A stretch of DNA of 64,000 bases from Candidatus Woesearchaeota archaeon. GTDB taxonomy: Archaea > Nanobdellota > Nanobdellia > Pacearchaeales > UBA284. The position numbers and the translations under genes were made by a program. The DNA is taken from the NCBI GenBank assembly GCA_964354405.1, contig CAYGZP010000001.1, forward strand, positions 84,879 through 148,878, written 5' to 3'. This document shows positions 1 through 10,834 of the stretch, in pieces (the first letter of the stretch is position 1; each line of letters begins with the position of its first letter). Below the pieces are notes generated by a model. That model did not search any database, was not told the DNA's origin, and saw only the letters and a list, made by a program, of their open reading frames with translations.

Positions 1-104
1 GTCAATCTTTCTTTAAGCATTCTCATATTCTCTTCCAAGTCATTCATCCTTGTACTAAAATCAGAAAGTAAAGCTGAAACTGCTCCGAGCTCTTGATTAT
101 CCAT
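1..104 (-). CDS. Hypothetical coiled-coil protein, 5' part (runs off window start)
   Basis: Hand-translated from ATG at 104: MDNQELGAVSALLSDFSTRMNDLEENMRMLKERL..., open to position 1, heptad-like pattern. Confidence 0.55.
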   Translation of the reverse strand, partial: MDNQELGAVSALLSDFSTRMNDLEENMRMLKERL

Positions 105-182
105 TTTTGCTTTTTCCTTTAATTGCCCCTTTTATGTCGCTATGAAAAAGAAAATTCAATTTAAATATTTAACTTAAGGGGG

Positions 183-740
183 CTACTTATGGAGTCCTTT
201 ACTGTTATAGTAACTTATCCAGTCTAATTTTTTGCCCTTAAATCTCAACCGAGTTATATGACAATTGTGATGATCAAAATGTCTGCATTGCTTCATGCTA
301 AGTCCTAATTTTTTCTTGAGCATAAGCCTTATCCACCCCCCGTGCCCCACAATAACTATAACTTTCCCCATATGTTTTTCCAAAATATTATCTAGTGCTT
401 TTACTGCTTTTCTATAATACCTTTTCATTTTCCAATATAATGGATGGAAAATTTTTTGCTCGAAGATTATTTTATTAAATTCAGAAAGTTCATCAACAGT
501 TTTTGGCTTTTTCTTCAATACTTTTTCAATTTCTTTTGCAGTTTCTTTAGCTCTAGACATTGAACTGCAATAAATAACATCAACTTCATTCTTAATTTTT
601 TTAAATTCTCTGGCAACTTCCTTTGCTTGTTTCTTGCCAAGTTTTGTTAATCTTGCACCATTTGGAAGTCTATCTCCATGTCTTACAAAGAAAATTATTG
701 TCTTTTCTCTTTCCCATTCATTCGGGTTTTTTAGAGCCAT
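183..740 (-). CDS. Histidine phosphatase (phosphoglycerate mutase-like) family protein
   Basis: FVRHG catalytic motif, LTxxGxxQA, SSMSRAKETA and VGHGG motifs. Confidence 0.9.
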   Translation of the reverse strand: MALKNPNEWEREKTIIFFVRHGDRLPNGARLTKLGKKQAKEVAREFKKIKNEVDVIYCSSMSRAKETAKEIEKVLKKKPKTVDELSEFNKIIFEQKIFHPLYWKMKRYYRKAVKALDNILEKHMGKVIVIVGHGGWIRLMLKKKLGLSMKQCRHFDHHNCHITRLRFKGKKLDWISYYNSKGLHK

Positions 741-836
741 TAGATTAAATAAAAAACAAACATATTTAATCTTTTCTTATCGCAACAATTAAAAATATAA
801 CTTAACTAACTATATCGTAAAAAGAGGCATACAAAA

Positions 837-3128
837 ATGATGTTTAAAGAGGGCACCAAATTATATACTTATGAAGTTGTCCGCGAAGCTGGCCAGGATG
901 TCATGTATGTCAACTATCTCGGCGCAGCTTATGTCCCTGCTATCGGTGATTCGCCAGTTGTGATGGCCAGGACAATTGACTTTCTCATAGAAGCTCCAAG
1001 CATCTCAAGAATTGTTTTTGTTCAGCAGAGGAACTACAGCTATGATTTCCACGAAGTCACGATGCTTAATGAAATCGCGCAGCTCTATATCCATTTGATA
1101 AAACAGGAAAAAGTATTGGCAACATCTACTCTTGAACCCTACAAGTGTAAGAAACACTTGACACAAAGATATGAAGTCATGCGTTATTTAATTTTAAGTT
1201 TGTTAAAACAGGATCCAATAAGCTGTTATGTCGAAGCCAGAAGGATTTTGCACGAAGAAAAGATTGTCGCAAAGAACATGCCCGAGTCAGATCTTACTTG
1301 CGAGAATCATTATATAAGACTCTTGACAAAAATCACTGCGATGCTCGAGAATCTGACACTAATAAAATCCATAAAAGATCGCTTAGAAGGATATCAGTTG
1401 GGCGATAGAAGTTTATATGTAGACTTATTCCGCCCCGAGATAGTTCCAAACTTCACCTTCACAAGACTCATGGCGTCGATGCCTCCTGACGCAGAGATAA
1501 TCGACGAATATGAAATAGGCCCAGAACATGACAAAAGTTCCGTGACGATATTAAAATCCCCTGACTCAACAAAATATGTCTATCATCTTGTAGCCCCTGA
1601 GTTCACTTTAAATGAAGATATGCAGTCTCTTGTAAACTTAGCCAGAAATGTCTTGCTTGAGCACAAACCCAAAGCAGAGGAGTTCACAGACCCCGCGAGA
1701 ATAAGACAGGTTTTTTTCAGCATCGCCCGCGATCTTTTACAAGAACTAAGCGAGACAAAAAAAGTCGCGCTCACATACAAGCAACTTAACAAACTTGCTA
1801 CTATTTTAGTAAGATATACTATTGGATTTGGTTTGATAGAGGTTTTATTGCAAGATGAAAATCTCCAAGACATAATGATTAATGCTCCCGCAGGCGCAGT
1901 TCCTATGTTTGTCAGACATCAGGAGTTTGATGAATGCGACACAAACATAATTCCTTCACATGAAGATGCAGAATCCTGGGCCGCGAAGTTCAGGATGATG
2001 TCCGGCCGTCCTCTCGATGAAGCCAACCCCGTTCTTGACACAGAACTTATTGTTGGCAATGCTCGAGCAAGAGTAGCAATAATCCAACAGCCCCTCTCGC
2101 CCTATGGCCTTGCATATGCATTAAGAAGACATAGAGAGAAGCCCTGGACTCTTCCATTATACATAAAAAACAGGATGATAAACCCTCTCGCCGCAGGACT
2201 GTTATCATTCCTCATCGATGGTTCAAGAACACTGTTAATCGCAGGAACAAGAAGCTCGGGAAAAACTTCCTTGCTGGGCGCGTGCATGCTAGAAATCATG
2301 TCCCGATATAGAATAATTGTGTGCGAAGGCACAATGGAGCTTCCTGTAGATTCTTTCCGTGAGATGGGCTACGACATTTTAAGAATGAAGGTTCGCGAAG
2401 CATTGACAAGAGAATCTTCTGAACTCAGCGCAGCCGAAGGCATCAGAACAAGTTTGAGATTAGGAGACTCTGGCTTAATAGTCGGAGAGGTTCGAAGTGA
2501 AGAAGCTCTAAGCTTGTATGAAGCCATGAGAGTTGGCGCGTTAGCTAATGTAGTTGCGGGCACAATTCATGGAGCCTCGCCTTACGGAGTGTTCGACAGA
2601 GTTGTCAATGATTTGAAAGTTCCCGCTACTAGTTTTAAAGCAACTGACATAATCGCAATAGCCAATCCAATCAAAAGTCCCGATGGAATGCATCGCTGGC
2701 GCCGAGTTCTTCAGCTGACAGAAGTGAGAAAACACTGGACATTAGACCCTGCAACCGAGCATGGTTTCGTTGATTTGATGAGATATGATGTCACAAAAGA
2801 TGAGCTTGTTGCAACAGATGATTTGATCAATGGAGAGTCAGAAGTTCTGAAAGATATTGCGGGCAATGTCAAGGGATGGGCAGGCTCATGGGATGCTGTC
2901 TGGGATAACATTCTCCTAAGAGCAAAAATCAAGCAGGCTATAGTCGAGGCAAGTGTCAAAACAAAAGATGCAAACTTGCTCGAAGCTCCATTTGTACTCA
3001 GGTGCACTAATGCGTTTCATGAAATCTCAGACAAAGTAAGGCAAGAAATAGGGGTTCCTCAAGGAAAGCGAGTTTTCAAAGAATGGCAAGTTTGGCTCGA
3101 GCACGAACTCAAGAGAAAGAAGTTATGA
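837..3128 (+). CDS. Type II/IV secretion (pilus assembly) ATPase, FlaI/TadA/VirB11 family, long N-terminal extension
   Basis: Walker A GTRSSGKT, Walker B LIVGEVR, His-box GTIHG, 'LLQDENLQDIMIN' motif. Confidence 0.9.
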   Translation: MMFKEGTKLYTYEVVREAGQDVMYVNYLGAAYVPAIGDSPVVMARTIDFLIEAPSISRIVFVQQRNYSYDFHEVTMLNEIAQLYIHLIKQEKVLATSTLEPYKCKKHLTQRYEVMRYLILSLLKQDPISCYVEARRILHEEKIVAKNMPESDLTCENHYIRLLTKITAMLENLTLIKSIKDRLEGYQLGDRSLYVDLFRPEIVPNFTFTRLMASMPPDAEIIDEYEIGPEHDKSSVTILKSPDSTKYVYHLVAPEFTLNEDMQSLVNLARNVLLEHKPKAEEFTDPARIRQVFFSIARDLLQELSETKKVALTYKQLNKLATILVRYTIGFGLIEVLLQDENLQDIMINAPAGAVPMFVRHQEFDECDTNIIPSHEDAESWAAKFRMMSGRPLDEANPVLDTELIVGNARARVAIIQQPLSPYGLAYALRRHREKPWTLPLYIKNRMINPLAAGLLSFLIDGSRTLLIAGTRSSGKTSLLGACMLEIMSRYRIIVCEGTMELPVDSFREMGYDILRMKVREALTRESSELSAAEGIRTSLRLGDSGLIVGEVRSEEALSLYEAMRVGALANVVAGTIHGASPYGVFDRVVNDLKVPATSFKATDIIAIANPIKSPDGMHRWRRVLQLTEVRKHWTLDPATEHGFVDLMRYDVTKDELVATDDLINGESEVLKDIAGNVKGWAGSWDAVWDNILLRAKIKQAIVEASVKTKDANLLEAPFVLRCTNAFHEISDKVRQEIGVPQGKRVFKEWQVWLEHELKRKKL

Positions 3129-3193
3129 GAAATATCTTAAAACATATTATCTATAGCAATAATCTATTTAAGCTTTTTATTGATGATGTTTAG

Positions 3194-4039
3194 ATGGCTG
3201 AGGGTATTGAACTGTTTGGGATAATTTCTCAATTTAATTTTAATAAAGATTTCTCTCTTAAGCCCAGTTGTTTTTTGTTAAGTAAAATTAAAGGTTATAA
3301 TAATATTAAAATTGGTCTTGAAAAAAGTACAGTACCACAAGAAGACCATCTTTATTGGGATGAGCTGATTAATGCCATGAATGAAGGCACTATCCACTGT
3401 TCTTTAGACAATTTGGATTTTAAGAAGCTTGAAAAGGAACTAAGAACACATTTTAGTAAATTAAAGAGTTTACATATTCCGCCAGCAGATAAGGGGGTAT
3501 TATATGAGATCGGAAACCAGTATGCTGAAAGGATAACTATAGCTAGTCGTTTGTCCTCTATTGTAAATAACCTCTTAACAGAAAAACCAGATGTGCTCAT
3601 TCTTACTATAGGAAATGCAGATTATTTATACCGACAGCGAGAACAGCTTGAAAAATTAGATATTTTTATTAAAGATTTTATGGGTTTTGAAACATTTCCT
3701 CCAATGAAAATAGTGAATAATTTATGTCACGAACATCAGTTTGACAACGAAGCAATTTATCAAGCTTTGCCTAGGAATGGGTTCATTAGAGAAATTAGGA
3801 GGCTTGAGAGTGACTCCCTTATAGATGAATTATTGGACAAAGATATATGGGAATCTGCCCAAGATATAACAAAATTAAATCGAGATTATGAAGGATATCT
3901 TAGAATTTTTGAAGCGTTTTGCAGAAATGAGCAATTAGCAATTGCCTTCATGGAAGGCTATAAGAAGTTTGGTGGCAAAATCAGCCTTGATGAAATTAAA
4001 AAGGCAACAGCAGAAGCATTAAAACAATATCAAGGCTAG
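3194..4039 (+). CDS. Hypothetical protein
   Basis: 281-aa ORF with TATA-like upstream sequence; no motif recognised. Confidence 0.6.
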   Translation: MAEGIELFGIISQFNFNKDFSLKPSCFLLSKIKGYNNIKIGLEKSTVPQEDHLYWDELINAMNEGTIHCSLDNLDFKKLEKELRTHFSKLKSLHIPPADKGVLYEIGNQYAERITIASRLSSIVNNLLTEKPDVLILTIGNADYLYRQREQLEKLDIFIKDFMGFETFPPMKIVNNLCHEHQFDNEAIYQALPRNGFIREIRRLESDSLIDELLDKDIWESAQDITKLNRDYEGYLRIFEAFCRNEQLAIAFMEGYKKFGGKISLDEIKKATAEALKQYQG

Positions 4040-4080
4040 CCAAGCGAAAAGTAAATAAAACCCTGTGTCTATAAAAGAGC

Positions 4081-4800
4081 ATGGAGTGGAAAAAAGAGTA
4101 TTTTAATGAATTATTTGTCTGGCTGCTAGCCTCTATCTTCATGGCTTTTATTTTCGCAGTAAAATTCCAATGGCCAATCATAAGTATAGAACCTTTAGAC
4201 ATTTTACTCGGCTTATTATATTCATTTATTATCTTCGGAGTTTTTATCGGAGCTCAGAAACTCGTTGCTTTTGCTGTAGATTGCAAGACTACAACCAAGC
4301 TCCTTAGCTTTAGAAGATACTGGTTCCGCTCTTTCACAGAGCGCGGCTCTGCATTATTACCATTTGAATTTCCGGCATGGATTCTTCTTCCTGTAATCTT
4401 TGCCTTCGCTAACATTCCATGGTTCGCAATTTTAAACTTTGATGTAGAACCAAAAACATCTCATGTCAGGCACAGATGGCAAAACTTAACAGAGTGGGAC
4501 ATTGGCAAAATCTCAATCGCGGGCCCTCTCGCTCTGATGGCATTAGGTCTAATCGTCAGAATTTTCGGCGCAAGTGAATTTGCATTCTTGTGCATGCTTG
4601 CCGCGTTTCTCGCACTAGTTCCCATAGGCTTGGGATTCAAACTTGCAGTAAGCTCAAGGATATTATGGTTCTTTGCCTTTGTATTCGCTCTCACAATGCT
4701 GTTATTAATCAAACTTCAGAGCACATTTGCAGTGATAATGATTGCAGTTATCTTTGCAGCTCTCGCAACATTGGCATATTATGTCTTATATGAAAAATAA
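4081..4800 (+). CDS. Multi-pass membrane protein, distant M50-peptidase-like (no HExxH)
   Basis: Several hydrophobic helices; 'KISIAGPL' and 'LALVPI' resemble M50 motifs but the metal-binding HExxH is absent. Confidence 0.55.
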   Translation: MEWKKEYFNELFVWLLASIFMAFIFAVKFQWPIISIEPLDILLGLLYSFIIFGVFIGAQKLVAFAVDCKTTTKLLSFRRYWFRSFTERGSALLPFEFPAWILLPVIFAFANIPWFAILNFDVEPKTSHVRHRWQNLTEWDIGKISIAGPLALMALGLIVRIFGASEFAFLCMLAAFLALVPIGLGFKLAVSSRILWFFAFVFALTMLLLIKLQSTFAVIMIAVIFAALATLAYYVLYEK

Positions 4801-4812
4801 CTTAAGAAATAA

Positions 4813-5292
4813 TCACCTTTCTTCTTTTTCCTTTTCTTCTTCCTCTAATTCTTCCTTAGTTCTTCTTATAACTTTTACATTGTCTATTTTTACAGTTATA
4901 GGAATAGGAACCGCTGCTTCGAGCAGCTCGACAACAACTTCTTCTCGAGCTTTATCAATCCTCACAACTTTTGCCTTCTCTCTCTTGAAAGGCTCTGTCA
5001 ACATTTCCACAATATCGCCTTTTTCGATGTTAATCGCTGTGACCACTGGCTGGATCATTGACTCTATCTCTTTGTAGCTTATTGCCTTGGGAATCAATCC
5101 TTTAACATATGGCAGATTGTAAATCGCCTGCTCAGCGCTTTCAGTATCTAAAGCCTCGAGAATAATATAACCTCTCAATCCATGCGGCCTAGCAACAGAA
5201 AAAACATTCGATTTTTTCTTCTCAGCCCTGTCCGCAATCAAGTCCAAAGCCTGGTCTTCTTTGTTTGTCGTAACTTTCACTACAAATATCAT
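4813..5292 (-). CDS. spt5: Transcription elongation factor Spt5
   Basis: NGN domain (LRGYIILEA) plus KOW domain (GDIVE...PFK); acidic tail; conserved ftsZ-secE-spt5 context. Confidence 0.95.
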   Translation of the reverse strand: MIFVVKVTTNKEDQALDLIADRAEKKKSNVFSVARPHGLRGYIILEALDTESAEQAIYNLPYVKGLIPKAISYKEIESMIQPVVTAINIEKGDIVEMLTEPFKREKAKVVRIDKAREEVVVELLEAAVPIPITVKIDNVKVIRRTKEELEEEEKEKEER

Positions 5293-5327
5293 TTTAATTC
5301 CGCTGTTATTTTTTGTTAGTTTTTGAG

Positions 5328-5648
5328 TTAATAAATCTTTTTAGCATAAATGTAGTAACCAAGGAAAACTTCTTTCATCAAAACTCCTTGCACAGTCACT
5401 TTCTTTCCTTCTGCAGGAAGTTCTTTGCTCTGAACACTTATGCTGTACTCGCCTTCTGTAAGAGAGAATCCTGACAATGTTCCGATTTTTATGCTGTTTG
5501 AAACCACTCCGCTCACTGCAATCTCCTTGCCGATATATTTCTCAGGAGTTTCTTTCAGTTCGCGGACACTCACAAACCCGCAGCCCGAGAGTAACAAGGC
5601 TATGAGTAACAATATCAAAATCCCAAAAACAAAATAATTTTTATCCAT
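5328..5648 (-). CDS. Putative lipoprotein with OB-fold
   Basis: Signal peptide with LLSGC lipobox; 'PEKYIGKEIAVSGVV...GKKVTVQG' OB-fold pattern. Confidence 0.7.
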   Translation of the reverse strand: MDKNYFVFGILILLLIALLLSGCGFVSVRELKETPEKYIGKEIAVSGVVSNSIKIGTLSGFSLTEGEYSISVQSKELPAEGKKVTVQGVLMKEVFLGYYIYAKKIY

Positions 5649-5690
5649 TTTTTATTTTCTATTCTTTGATACAATCTTTTTTAAAGATTG

Positions 5691-5888
5691 TTAAGTGAAT
5701 AATAATATATAAAGTAATCCGATAATAAATCCTATCATCCCAATGGCTAATATCCCTAAAGCCGAGACTTTCGAGACTTGCTTGACTTCTTCTGTAGTGG
5801 GTTTTCTGGCTACTTTGAAGACCCTGACACACTTGCCAAAAAAGTCCCCAGCTGCCTTGAAAATGCTTTTTTTCTTCTCTTCTTCCAT
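5691..5888 (-). CDS. secE: Protein translocase subunit SecE/Sec61-gamma
   Basis: RVFKVARKPTTEE motif followed by one TM helix; start set at MEEEKK. Confidence 0.93.
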   Translation of the reverse strand: MEEEKKKSIFKAAGDFFGKCVRVFKVARKPTTEEVKQVSKVSALGILAIGMIGFIIGLLYILLFT

Positions 5889-5939
5889 TTTAGATAGCGA
5901 TATAAAAATCAAGAAAGAATATACTTAAAAATCTTGTTA

Positions 5940-7031
5940 TTACTTGGGCTCTTCAACAAAATCTATTCCGAGCTCTTCTTCCATTTCTCTCACATTCTTG
6001 TCATATCTTCTTTCTCCGGGCCCCAAGATTTGCGAGCTTTTGACTCCCGTGACTATAAGCAAAACCCTCAATGTTTTGTCCATATCTTCACTAAGCTGAG
6101 CGCCCCATATCATCTTTGCGTTAGGGCTGATTCTCTGTCCGATAGTCTCGATGACTTTCTTCGCCTCTTCTAATGTCAAATCCAATCCGCCGATAATGTT
6201 AATGAGTGCCCCACTCGCATCTGAAATATCAACATCTAACAATGGATTTTCTATAGCTTTTTCAACAGCTTCAGTTGCTCTGTCCTGCGAGTCGCTCTCC
6301 CCCACACCTATCATGGCAACCCCGCCATTCAACATCACAGCTTTAATATCCGCAAAGTCAAGATTAACTAATCCAGCCTTAGTTACAAGTTCTGCTGTTC
6401 CTTTGACCGCGCTCGTGAGAATTTCATCAGCAACTTTGAACGCAGTATGCAACGGCAAATCAGGAGCGAGTTCCAATAATTTATCATTGGGGATTACAAT
6501 TAAAGTATCAACAGCATTTTCAAGTTTCTCCAAGCCAATCATTGCGTTCTCATATCTCCTCTGGCCTTCAATTGTGAAAGGCAATGTAACAACAGCGATT
6601 GTTAACGCGCCCATTTTTTTCGCTAGGTTTGCAACAACTGGCGCAGCCCCTGTTCCGGTTCCTCCGCCTAATCCACAAGTAATGAAAACCATATCTCCTC
6701 CCTGCAATTTCTGCTTAATTTCATGCTCTGATTCGTGAGCAGCTTCCTCGCCAATCTGTGGATTGCTTCCTGCCCCTAAACCATGAGTCAATTCCTTTCC
6801 AACAAGTATTTTAGAATCTGCGCAAGTATAAAGTAAATCCTGCGCGTCAGTATTAATCGCGATAAGCTCCGCACCTTTAATCCCAATCTCCTTCATTCTT
6901 GTCAAGGTGTTCCCGCCGCCGCCACCGCATCCAAAAACTTTAATCGCTGCCTTATGTTTGGCGATAATTTCCTCAAGCTCTCTATCCACTTCATGAGTAA
7001 TTTCCTCTTTCAATTGAAATAATTCAGCCAT
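5940..7031 (-). CDS. ftsZ: Cell division protein FtsZ
   Basis: [15 protein letters not shown] tubulin signature, NLDFAD T7 loop. Confidence 0.98.
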   Translation of the reverse strand: MAELFQLKEEITHEVDRELEEIIAKHKAAIKVFGCGGGGGNTLTRMKEIGIKGAELIAINTDAQDLLYTCADSKILVGKELTHGLGAGSNPQIGEEAAHESEHEIKQKLQGGDMVFITCGLGGGTGTGAAPVVANLAKKMGALTIAVVTLPFTIEGQRRYENAMIGLEKLENAVDTLIVIPNDKLLELAPDLPLHTAFKVADEILTSAVKGTAELVTKAGLVNLDFADIKAVMLNGGVAMIGVGESDSQDRATEAVEKAIENPLLDVDISDASGALINIIGGLDLTLEEAKKVIETIGQRISPNAKMIWGAQLSEDMDKTLRVLLIVTGVKSSQILGPGERRYDKNVREMEEELGIDFVEEPK

Positions 7032-7152
7032 TTTTACCTATTTTTGCTCTATTGATAAATAAAAAACAACCAGTATATAAATTTTAGTATTCTTTAATCA
7101 ATATTTTAAAAAAGTCAGGTAAACATCCGATATTTTCTTGAGTTTGCTTAGT

Positions 7153-7785
7153 CTACTTAAATTCTAAATTCATTCCAAGAATTTCTTTAACTTTTTCTTT
7201 GAACAATTCAGCATCGCTCTTGTTCAAATTTTTCTGATTCTTCACCGCAACAAGCAACTTGCCTTCTTTCTCTTCTAAACTTTCGACATCAATTCTTAAA
7301 ACCCTTGCAATAGCTTCAACTTTCTTTTTAATATCGCTGACAATCGCTTTTATCTTGAATGTATATTTTATCTCCTTGCCCATAAGAGGATTATTCAAAT
7401 CTACAAGAGTTCTTCCACTTGTAACCGAGACAACTTTCGCGACAAAACCATTGACATTAACTAACATTCCAGCGTGAGGAATTTCAGAGAACGCACTTAA
7501 TGGAATAGTTTTAATCAACTTAGGATCGCGCTTTCCAAAAGCCTCTTCAGGCTTAAGAACAATCTTATAATCTTTGTCAATTTCTTTATCCTCGAGTGCT
7601 TTGTCAAAACCTTTTAAGAGCATTCCCTCGCCGATGCAGACAACAAGTGGCTCGAACTTTCCTTTACTAGTATCAATCCCCGCCTTCTTTGCCTCGCCCA
7701 CAAGAGTTGTGTCAAACAAAACTCCGTTAGCATAAGCGCTGAAATCTAATTCTACAAAATCTTTTTTCTGGGTTTTATCAGCCAT
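7153..7785 (-). CDS. slyD: FKBP-type peptidyl-prolyl isomerase (SlyD-like, long archaeal type)
   Basis: FDTT, GEGMLLKGFD, PEEAFG, VDLNNPLMGK motifs. Confidence 0.9.
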   Translation of the reverse strand: MADKTQKKDFVELDFSAYANGVLFDTTLVGEAKKAGIDTSKGKFEPLVVCIGEGMLLKGFDKALEDKEIDKDYKIVLKPEEAFGKRDPKLIKTIPLSAFSEIPHAGMLVNVNGFVAKVVSVTSGRTLVDLNNPLMGKEIKYTFKIKAIVSDIKKKVEAIARVLRIDVESLEEKEGKLLVAVKNQKNLNKSDAELFKEKVKEILGMNLEFK

Positions 7786-7841
7786 GTCAAGCAAAAGAAA
7801 AAATCAGTTTAAATGTCTTTCCTTATTTCTTTATCCCAATA

Positions 7842-8120
7842 TTAATGGTTTCTTATATTTCTTTTCGCAGGTTCGACTAAAATCAGACTCTTAACTAATT
7901 GATGATTGTAGAGACAATATTCCCTTCCTGGAATAAACTCTCCTTGTGGTCTATTATCCAAGGGTAAAAATATAGCCGCTCCATCTTTTCTGTTATTAAC
8001 ATACTGGAATAGTCCATTACCCATATATTGGATCTCTACAGAGATTGTATCTCCAATTCCAATCCCATTTTGCCTAAACAAAGTTTTCAATTTGTCTATA
8101 TCTGGTAAATCCATTTTCAT
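7842..8120 (-). CDS. Hypothetical protein
   Basis: 92-aa ORF preceded by AGGAG ribosome-binding site. Confidence 0.55.
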   Translation of the reverse strand: MKMDLPDIDKLKTLFRQNGIGIGDTISVEIQYMGNGLFQYVNNRKDGAAIFLPLDNRPQGEFIPGREYCLYNHQLVKSLILVEPAKRNIRNH

Positions 8121-8239
8121 TTCTCCTTGAAATTTAAAACAAAAATATAGAAGGAAAAACCATATTTAAACCTTACCCTTTGTCACTACATCATTACATC
8201 AAACGAAAGTTTTAAATATTATTTAAACTCTTAATACCC

Positions 8240-8626
8240 ATGGCTGAAAATTGGCGGAAGGGGCTTAGTAAAGATTTACAGTATCATATCGAACGAGTTA
8301 TTCTTGAGAGTTACTCACACAAATATGCAATCGAACAAGCAAAGGATAAGGGCAAGGCGCAGTTATGGGTGGCTTTGGCGATTCTTAACAAAAAAATTGC
8401 CGAGTTAGAATTAAAAACTGCATATTTAGAGCGGGTGCTTAAACAATTTTTCCCAAAGAAGCGCGTTTCGCAAGATGAAAGAGAAAAACAAGAAGCGGAA
8501 GTTGAAAAAATCCTTAAGAACCTTGTGACAGGGCAAAGAATTGAGCCAATAAAAAAACCGAGGGCAAAGAGAAAAGCAAGGAAAAAAATCAAGAGAAGTT
8601 CAATAAAGATAGCAAAATCTTTATAA
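8240..8626 (+). CDS. Hypothetical helical protein with basic C-terminus
   Basis: 128-aa ORF, 'AQLWVALA' helix, coiled coil, TATA-like upstream. Confidence 0.65.
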   Translation: MAENWRKGLSKDLQYHIERVILESYSHKYAIEQAKDKGKAQLWVALAILNKKIAELELKTAYLERVLKQFFPKKRVSQDEREKQEAEVEKILKNLVTGQRIEPIKKPRAKRKARKKIKRSSIKIAKSL

Positions 8627-8688
8627 TTCTCTATAATTTTAAGCACAATCATCACAATCTTTATAAATTATCTTTTTCTTGTCTTGAC

Positions 8689-9084
8689 ATGTCGTCAAAA
8701 TTGGTTGATGCTACAGAGTTGAGATCAGGAAGTTTCGCAATAATTAACGAAGCTCCTTGTGTTATCAAGTCAGTTGACATCAGCAAAACCGGCAAGCATG
8801 GCGCGAGCAAGTGCAGGATAGAGGCAATAGGCATTTTAGATGATAAAAAAAGAATTACTGTAATGCCCGGCTCAGAGCGAATAACAGTTCCAATGATTGA
8901 AAAAAAGCGCGCACAGGTACTCAGTTTAAACAAACAAGATTCAAAAGCAAGTTTGATGGATCTCGAAAATTTCGAGACAATAGATTCTGCGATTGCTTCA
9001 GATTTGCTCGAGAACATCACAGATGGCTCACAAGTGGAATATTGGGATGTGGAAGGAAAAAAAATAATCAAGAGGTTGTTGTAA
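8689..9084 (+). CDS. eif5a: Translation factor aIF-5A
   Basis: SKTGKHGASK hypusination motif. Confidence 0.97.
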   Translation: MSSKLVDATELRSGSFAIINEAPCVIKSVDISKTGKHGASKCRIEAIGILDDKKRITVMPGSERITVPMIEKKRAQVLSLNKQDSKASLMDLENFETIDSAIASDLLENITDGSQVEYWDVEGKKIIKRLL

Positions 9085-9085
9085 A

Positions 9086-9256
9086 ATGGCAAAAATAGAA
9101 GCAGCTCATGCAAGATTATTCAAGGGAGTATTTGTATGCCGAAGATGCGGCAGCAAGATAAGAGCGCAGGCAAGAAAGGTTTCTGAAGGTGGCGTGAGAT
9201 GCAGGAAATGCAAAAGCCTCGCGCTGCGGCCCAAGAGCAAGAAAACAAAGAAGTAA
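9086..9256 (+). CDS. rpl40e: 50S ribosomal protein L40e (not in ORF track)
   Basis: Hand translation MAKIEAAHARLFKGVFVCRRCGSKIRAQARKVSEGGVRCRKCKSLALRPKSKKTKK; two CxxC pairs and LRPK. Confidence 0.92.
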   Translation: MAKIEAAHARLFKGVFVCRRCGSKIRAQARKVSEGGVRCRKCKSLALRPKSKKTKK

Positions 9257-9290
9257 ATAACAGTTTAATAAAAAAAGAACAAGAAAAAAG

Positions 9291-10694
9291 ATGGATTTTA
9301 TTTATATTGATATTGCTCTTCTAGTTATTTTTTGCGCGGTTTTGGGGGGTTTTCTATACAAGCACAAGAAAAAGCTAAAAGTAGAATCAAAAATTTTCCT
9401 TCTCTACAGAACAAAAATCGGCTTGAAATTTATTAATTGGGCTAGCAAAAAGTTTTCTAAAGCTCTTCATGTGTTGAGTTATTTCTCAATAACTTTCGGG
9501 GTTGTAGCGATGTTAGCTGCCTTCTGGCTTCTGTATCGCAGCATTGAATTAATATTAACCATGGTATCTGTTCCAAAAGTTCCTCCAATCATGCCTCTTG
9601 TTCCATACTTGCCACAACTTTTCAACCTTCCATTGCCTCCATTTTATTTTACTTATTGGATTGTTATCATAGCGATAGTTGCTGTAGTCCATGAGTTCGC
9701 GCACGGCATCTTCGCCTCTCTTTACAAATTAAAAGTAAAGGCAACTGGCTTCGGATTTCTCGGCCCTTTCCTTGCTGCTTTTGTAGAGCCAGATGAAAAA
9801 GCACTAAGAAGACGCAGGCCAAGGCAACAGCTCGCTATATTGTCCGCAGGAAGTTTCTCAAATTTTACTTTTGGGATAATTTTCTTGTTACTGATGCAGC
9901 TTTTCTTTGCAGTTTGTTATCAACCAGCAGGAGTCATAGGATATTTGTATGGAAATCAGAGAATAAACGCAAGCTCAATAGAAACTGTAGGAAACTATTC
10001 CATAGATAATTTTCTTAACATGAGCGACAAACAACTCGAAAACATCACAGAGCTTCTTGAAGTCAAGACAGAAGACAACGGAACATTTTACTTAAGACAA
10101 GAATTATTTGATTCATTCAAATTAATTAGCAAAGGAAGCTTGACAGCGATTGTTTATCTCGACGCTCCCGCAGTCAAAGCAAATCTTTCAGGCGCATTGC
10201 AAAAAATAGGAGATTATGAAATAAACAAAATCGAAGACGTTCATGACGCGATAATCAACTTCAAGCCAGGAGAAACAACAACAATAAAAACAAATCAAGG
10301 CGAATATGAAATAACTTTTGCAAATAATCCTACAAATGACTCATTGCCGTATCTGGGGATTGGTTTCCCTTATATTGATCAAACAACATTAACAATCTTT
10401 GAACTATCCTCCCCATTTTTCTCTCCATTTACTTATGCAGCTCCAAGATTCAATCCTGAGATTCTTCAATTGATTCAGTACTTGTTTTGGTGGTTAATCA
10501 TAATAAGCTTCTCGATTGCGCTCATCAACATGCTTCCATTAGGAATACTCGACGGCGGGCGCTTCATTTATGTCGCAGCTCTAGGATTAACAAAATCCAA
10601 AAAAATCGCAGAATTTGTTTTCAAAGCAGCTGCGTTCATTGTATTGTTGATTCTTTTAATTTTAACAGTTGTCTGGTTCGTTAGAATAATTTAA
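9291..10694 (+). CDS. Site-2 protease (M50 family) with PDZ-like insert
   Basis: HEFAHG, AFVEPD, NMLPLGILDGG motifs; TM helices. Confidence 0.93.
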   Translation: MDFIYIDIALLVIFCAVLGGFLYKHKKKLKVESKIFLLYRTKIGLKFINWASKKFSKALHVLSYFSITFGVVAMLAAFWLLYRSIELILTMVSVPKVPPIMPLVPYLPQLFNLPLPPFYFTYWIVIIAIVAVVHEFAHGIFASLYKLKVKATGFGFLGPFLAAFVEPDEKALRRRRPRQQLAILSAGSFSNFTFGIIFLLLMQLFFAVCYQPAGVIGYLYGNQRINASSIETVGNYSIDNFLNMSDKQLENITELLEVKTEDNGTFYLRQELFDSFKLISKGSLTAIVYLDAPAVKANLSGALQKIGDYEINKIEDVHDAIINFKPGETTTIKTNQGEYEITFANNPTNDSLPYLGIGFPYIDQTTLTIFELSSPFFSPFTYAAPRFNPEILQLIQYLFWWLIIISFSIALINMLPLGILDGGRFIYVAALGLTKSKKIAEFVFKAAAFIVLLILLILTVVWFVRII

Positions 10695-10763
10695 AATGTT
10701 ATAAGATTTGATGCGTACTAAAATTATTTAAAACAAATTTTCTTTGGATATTAATAATTTGGC

Positions 10764-10834
10764 GGGCCCGTAGTCTAATGGCAAGACGCCTCCTTCGCAG
10801 GGAGGAATTTCGAGTTCAACTCTCGACGGGTCCA
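10764..10834 (+). tRNA. tRNA-Ala(CGC)
   Basis: Acceptor GGGCCCG/CGGGTCC-A with G3:U70; anticodon arm CCTCC-TTCGCAG-GGAGG; T-loop TTCAACT; CCA not encoded. Confidence 0.95.

Noticed and set aside
6151..6738. Long antisense ORFs (also 12128-12685, 21858-22595 and others)
   Set aside because: Shadow frames of well-supported genes with no motifs of their own.
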